From NCBI GenBank assembly GCA_013166775.1, contig JABLTJ010000036.1:1-30600 (forward strand): a DNA stretch of 30,600 bases, written 5' to 3'. A model generated the notes under the pieces. It saw only the letters and a program-made list of their open reading frames with translations, was not told the DNA's origin and searched no databases. The position numbers were made by a program, and so were the translations under genes. Positions 26,210 to 30,600 of the stretch are shown here, piece by piece. Within the stretch, counting starts at the first letter, position 1. The number at the start of each line of letters is the position of its first letter. Source of the stretch: Promethearchaeati archaeon (GTDB lineage Archaea > Asgardarchaeota > Heimdallarchaeia > Heimdallarchaeales > Heimdallarchaeaceae).

Positions 26210-26500
26210 CAATCTCAGATTTTCATCCGCGATTACTTCGATTTCTTTGCGGGGGGAGTTTTTCCGCAATACTATATAATCTTGAACTGCTTTTAATAGT
26301 GGATATTTTTCTCGTATTATGATGCTATATAGGTGATTTACTTAAGTATTTAAACCTAAATCATGTAAAAATCATTTAAAAGTAGGTAATACTCCAGAAT
26401 TTCAAAGTTTTGTAAACTCATTATTTGATACCTTAACAAAATACTAGTAGAAAATTTAATAACGATAAACAATCCTTATGTTTTTCTGAGTGATGTTCTA

Positions 26501-26959
26501 GTGAGTCACACTAATGAAAGTTCCCCTGAAATTTACCATTTAGCAAATCAACTCCAAAGAATTAACTATCTTGGCAATGTCCAAACTATTCAAATCGAGT
26601 TTGAATTTATTGCAGAAGATAGAAAAAATGAATTAGAAATAGTTTTTAATGATTCAACTGGTATTGGCAAATATAAAGCCGATATGATTATTTTAGAACA
26701 AATATCTGGTAGGGACATGCTAGAAATTATTAACACTCTACACAGCATTGGAACAGTTTTTGGAGATCTATCAGCAATAGATGGTATAACAGCTTTAGTT
26801 GAAATCAACTATAAAGGTGAAACATACTTCGTTGTAGTATCTTATAACCCATTAACAAGTGGTTTGGAATTAATCTCAACATCTGAAAGCAAACTCTATT
26901 TTGAGTTACTGAATTTTATAAGAACCAAATGGGCACTCTCTAAAACCTTCCTAAAGTGA
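26501..26959 (+). CDS. Hypothetical protein, possibly with a roadblock/longin-like fold
   Basis: 152-aa ORF with a GTG start and an SD-like GAGTGA upstream. It shows a helix, beta-strands and a C-terminal helix. Confidence 0.6.
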   Translation: MSHTNESSPEIYHLANQLQRINYLGNVQTIQIEFEFIAEDRKNELEIVFNDSTGIGKYKADMIILEQISGRDMLEIINTLHSIGTVFGDLSAIDGITALVEINYKGETYFVVVSYNPLTSGLELISTSESKLYFELLNFIRTKWALSKTFLK

Positions 26960-26986
26960 TAACCTCTTCTAGATTGGGTTATAGAA

Positions 26987-28081
26987 TTACGATTCAAAAC
27001 TAAATGGTTTATCTCTGAGTAATAAGAAGAGAAGTTTTAGATTTTGCTCAAGTTTTTCAGATTGAATGTTCAAATTATTCTCCATTATTTTCTCACTGAT
27101 ATCATATAGCAGATATGAAGCAACATGAAAATCGATTGTTAACCCACTAGGATATAAATCGAAGAGACTGAAATTGGAACCTATATTTTCTAAGGCAAAA
27201 TTATATCCCTCAATAAATGCCATAATATCTTTCTGTGTTTCATCAACAGTTCCATATTTTCTGAATTCTTTGATACATGGTTTTGCGAAGAATGTTCCTA
27301 TATCCTCTGATCTATCTCTCCCTAACATTACAAATTCTGGATCAAGGATATAGATTTTTATTTTTGGTGGAAACTCACTCAGTATCTCTTGTATTGGAGC
27401 TGTTATTTCTGAGGAAAACAAAAGATTACCTTGATGAAAATCACCATGTATCATAGTTGTTCCTAGTGACTCTTCCAAAGCTATGAAAAAGGGAAGAGTT
27501 AACTCAAGAATTTCTTGCTCAATGCTATAATCTTCTATTGCAGATAGAAGGTATAAAATGAGTTTCTTATATGGCTCACTTGAGAAGTTACCTTTTTCCA
27601 CTCCATGAAAAGCAGCTAGTGTTTGCCCTGCAAGTTGATATTTATAGTCTTTTTCCATTTGTGTTTCTCTGAAGCTTTTTCCTGATACTCCTTCATATAT
27701 TATGCATCGGTTTTGAGAGCTTTTGTAGATTATTTTAGGTATGTAAATCCCAGGGAAACGTTCTGGAACTGAAGAAATAAGCGTATGATTCTTAATCTCT
27801 TTTTCAAATCTAGATTCATCTGCAGAAAATTTCACAACTAGGTTTTCAGTTTGCTTACCTGTGTCTGTATTAAGATAATACGTTACAAAATGCACTTTTG
27901 ATTTTGAAGTTCCCTTTTCTACTGACTGAACATCCTCAATTGAGATTAAATTCGGTGATTCTCCTGTATTCTCTAAAATTTGTTCCTTAAAGAAATCTTG
28001 CAAACAATCCCCTATCTGTGTAAATAATGTTCTCATTTTCTGTTTCTTTCTTACAGAATCCGCGGATGTTTCTTCAGTCAC
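26987..28081 (-). CDS. Aminoglycoside phosphotransferase/choline kinase-like (protein kinase fold) enzyme
   Basis: Motifs LVVKF, KE, IYEGVSG, LAAFH, Brenner motif HGDFHQGN, ILDPE and EDIG. Confidence 0.85.
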   Translation of the reverse strand: MTEETSADSVRKKQKMRTLFTQIGDCLQDFFKEQILENTGESPNLISIEDVQSVEKGTSKSKVHFVTYYLNTDTGKQTENLVVKFSADESRFEKEIKNHTLISSVPERFPGIYIPKIIYKSSQNRCIIYEGVSGKSFRETQMEKDYKYQLAGQTLAAFHGVEKGNFSSEPYKKLILYLLSAIEDYSIEQEILELTLPFFIALEESLGTTMIHGDFHQGNLLFSSEITAPIQEILSEFPPKIKIYILDPEFVMLGRDRSEDIGTFFAKPCIKEFRKYGTVDETQKDIMAFIEGYNFALENIGSNFSLFDLYPSGLTIDFHVASYLLYDISEKIMENNLNIQSEKLEQNLKLLFLLLRDKPFSFES

Positions 28082-28176
28082 AGTTTATACTCTCTCTTTT
28101 CTACTTTATTATTTTTTTCTAATAAAAAATGTAATCATTTATTTACAGTTAGATAAAATTGATCAGAAGATATGTA

Positions 28177-28563
28177 TTAGGTAAGTAAATTGAGTGGGTT
28201 TACCATACCAATTATTTTCTCCCCATCAACAACGATTAGATGATTAATCTTTTGCTCTTTCATTTTTAGTAGAGCAGAGGAAATAGTTTCATGGGCTGGA
28301 ATTTTTAATATTGGTTCTTGCATAACATCCTTTACTTTCACTTTCTTCAAATCATCTCCTTTTGCAAGAATCTTTACGATATCTTTTGATGTAATTATTC
28401 CAACTGCTTTTCCATTGTCAGAAACTAACAATGATCCTATATCAAACTCAGACATAATCTTAACTGCTTCTTCAAGATTTTTTGAGGATTTAACAAATAA
28501 AATACCTTTAGTCATAACACTTGAAACAGGGTCATCGATTTCATAGGTTCTAAGCGTCATCAA
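28177..28563 (-). CDS. Stand-alone CBS-pair domain protein
   Basis: VSSVMT...IGSLLV...VGIITSKDI, then VKDVM...INHLIV...IIGMV. Confidence 0.92.
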   Translation of the reverse strand: MMTLRTYEIDDPVSSVMTKGILFVKSSKNLEEAVKIMSEFDIGSLLVSDNGKAVGIITSKDIVKILAKGDDLKKVKVKDVMQEPILKIPAHETISSALLKMKEQKINHLIVVDGEKIIGMVNPLNLLT

Positions 28564-28653
28564 GATAACTTATAATGACATAAGTTAAATATTTCGCATA
28601 TTGCAATTATCAAGTGAAAAACTAGCGGAAGAAATAATTAGCTTAAAAAAATA

Positions 28654-30192
28654 ATGTTCTCAATGGATGAACCAATTCGCATATTGCACTTCAGCGATAT
28701 TCACTTTACAGAACGCTCTCTATTTATTCAGAAGAGCTATAATTCTGCTGTTGAAGTGATAAATTCTACTCCACATGATTTTGCTGTTTTTACTGGAGAT
28801 TTAACTCAAGATGGATTGAAAGAGGATTTCCAACTAGCAAATGAATTGAGACGAAAAATAGTTTCTCCCAAAATCTATTGGATTATTGGTAATCATGACA
28901 GTAGAAGTGGGGGCTTTGAAGTGTGGGAGAACATGGTAGGACCAAGAGAATTTCATGAATATAATAATGATATTCTATTCATCGGTTTGGATTCATGCAT
29001 ACCTGATCGTGATGGAGGAAGATTCGGAAGAGAAACTTTAGAGTACACAAAAAAAGTTCTTATGAAGTATGGGGATGCCAAATTAAAGCTTGTAGGTTTT
29101 CATCATCATCTTCTTCCTATTCCTAAAACAGGACGTGAGAGATCAAATGCTATTGATGCAGGAGACATGTTATCAGTGTTGCTTGACCATAATGTTGATG
29201 CCATTTTAACAGGTCATAAACACCATCCTAATGTATACAAAGTGGAAGATACTATTATTATTTCTGCAGGTAGTGTCTCAAGTTACAAGACTCGTAGTGG
29301 AGAACCTAGATCCTTAAATTATGTTGAAATTAAACCAGAGAAGGACATTAAAGTCAAAATAATGGAAACTGATGGTAAGCCTATCAAGGATGAGCTCAAG
29401 ACAATAACAAGAAGGTTTAGAATGGTAGATTCTACTGGAGGGATTTGGATGAGAATAGCACAAATCTCTGGAACCGATTTTGGATCATCAAATGGACAAC
29501 AAGAGTCTTTATTCGATAGAGGAATGAAGCTTGTAGAAAAGACTGAACCAGGTCTGATTGTTCATTGTGGGAATTTAACTGCTAAAGGACGAAGAGCAGA
29601 TTACGAAGAAGCGGTTGAGGCGTTTTTACCTTATTCTGATAGATTTGTTTTATGTCCTGGTCCAAACGATCTTAAGGGATTTGGAGATACTCTTCTGCAT
29701 AAATACTTCGATACAGAAACTATTCTTGAGAAGAATGATTCTTGCTTTTATATTTTGAATACATCTGCTCCTGAGACAGAAATAGGTGTAGTAGGTAGAA
29801 CGATACAAAATAGATTGGAAAGGTATGTTTATCACACTCGTCAAGAACACAAAGAAAAATTCCATACAATACTTATGCATCACCATCTTATACCCATTCC
29901 AGGTACAAGAGAAAAATCAGCACTGGAAGATGCAGGAGACGTTCTTAGGTTATTAGTAGATACAGGAGTAAATCTTGTACTCTCAGGACACTTAGGAAAA
30001 TCATTCTGTACCAGAGTAGAAAAAACAGCTTTCGTTAATTGTAACACAATTTCATCATCAGAAACTTCCTCATTTGAAAACAGTTTCAACTTAATTGACA
30101 TTTCTACTGAAGGAGCTATTGTTGTATCAGAAATTAATGTTCCTTCAGGTTTCAGAAGGATTTTAGGCATATTTCCAGGAATACAAACATAA
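28654..30192 (+). CDS. Tandem-domain Icc/CpdA-like metallophosphoesterase (intact first domain, degenerate second domain)
   Basis: Domain 1 has SDIH, TGDLT, GNHD, HHH and GHKH. Domain 2 has SGTD, CGNLT, GPND, HHH and GHLG. Confidence 0.88.
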   Translation: MFSMDEPIRILHFSDIHFTERSLFIQKSYNSAVEVINSTPHDFAVFTGDLTQDGLKEDFQLANELRRKIVSPKIYWIIGNHDSRSGGFEVWENMVGPREFHEYNNDILFIGLDSCIPDRDGGRFGRETLEYTKKVLMKYGDAKLKLVGFHHHLLPIPKTGRERSNAIDAGDMLSVLLDHNVDAILTGHKHHPNVYKVEDTIIISAGSVSSYKTRSGEPRSLNYVEIKPEKDIKVKIMETDGKPIKDELKTITRRFRMVDSTGGIWMRIAQISGTDFGSSNGQQESLFDRGMKLVEKTEPGLIVHCGNLTAKGRRADYEEAVEAFLPYSDRFVLCPGPNDLKGFGDTLLHKYFDTETILEKNDSCFYILNTSAPETEIGVVGRTIQNRLERYVYHTRQEHKEKFHTILMHHHLIPIPGTREKSALEDAGDVLRLLVDTGVNLVLSGHLGKSFCTRVEKTAFVNCNTISSSETSSFENSFNLIDISTEGAIVVSEINVPSGFRRILGIFPGIQT

Positions 30193-30270
30193 GCAGGATT
30201 TTTTCAAAAGTAGAAAATTGTATCAGCCTTTGTCGAAGAATATTTAAGATATATATCTTGTACTAAAATA

Positions 30271-30570
30271 ATGATGCTTCCTAGAGTAGTAAGAAAATTA
30301 AGAAAATTTTCTATTTATGTGTCTGTTTATATTATGCTTACAATATTCATGTTTTCACCTGTTGCACAGGTTTATTCAAATTATATACTTCCAAGAGAAA
30401 ATTATGATAAGATGATATTAGGAGAGGGCAATTCGCAGATTACAGATATGGAAATAATAATTAATAATCCAAATATAAAGAAAGAAGTTCGACCTTCTGA
30501 AGCAGGATCACCTTATACACCAATTACTTCAGCAAGTGGATCAGGTGATACTTTTAACCCATCCCCCTGA
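30271..30570 (+). CDS. Secreted/membrane protein N-terminus, possibly truncated or continuing beyond the TGA
   Basis: Basic N-terminus, hydrophobic signal/anchor and an S/G/P/T-rich linker. The frame stays open after the TGA to the window end. Confidence 0.5.
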   Translation: MMLPRVVRKLRKFSIYVSVYIMLTIFMFSPVAQVYSNYILPRENYDKMILGEGNSQITDMEIIINNPNIKKEVRPSEAGSPYTPITSASGSGDTFNPSP

Positions 30571-30600
30571 GGACAAGGAGGGGAACAGGCAGTCGAGAAC

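Noticed and set aside
16171-30170. Short ORFs 16171..16509, 19691..20098, 20557..20769, 21568..21810, 21856..22122, 26590..26808, 29650..29886 and 29880..30170
   Set aside because: They are antisense shadows of supported CDS.
1-30600. CRISPR array, IS/transposase, or an integrated element at one of the three tRNAs
   Set aside because: I saw no repeat-spacer periodicity, no transposase or integrase motifs, and no duplicated tRNA 3' ends.

Overview
This AT-rich, gene-dense window is archaeal chromosomal DNA, with an intron-containing tRNA, an archaeal RNase P RNA, tsr3, 20S proteasome alpha and beta subunits, TATA boxes and GGTGA-type SD sites. A Rag/Arf-like GTPase fusion, a SNAP-like helical protein and a GIFT-domain membrane glycoprotein suggest an Asgard (Heimdallarchaeia-like) host; this is inference, not a database result. 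About 29 CDS are supported, one of them a 53-aa zinc ribbon missed by the ORF track, plus three CCA-encoding tRNAs and rnpB. I saw no mobile element or CRISPR array. Top candidate 1 is a type I transmembrane 'receptor-RNase': a signal peptide, a sequon-rich ectodomain, one TM helix and a cytoplasmic Regnase/Zc3h12a-like NYN/PIN RNase. It lies co-oriented upstream of a winged-helix regulator, adjacent psmB-psmA and a beta-CASP nuclease, next to an HtpX/Ste24-like protease, so it may be an IRE1-analogous signalling/proteostasis module. Top candidate 2 is an apparently complete bacillithiol pathway in an archaeon: bshC and bshA, a candidate bshB, a VOC enzyme and an atypical TrxB. All family calls rest on motifs recognised by eye.
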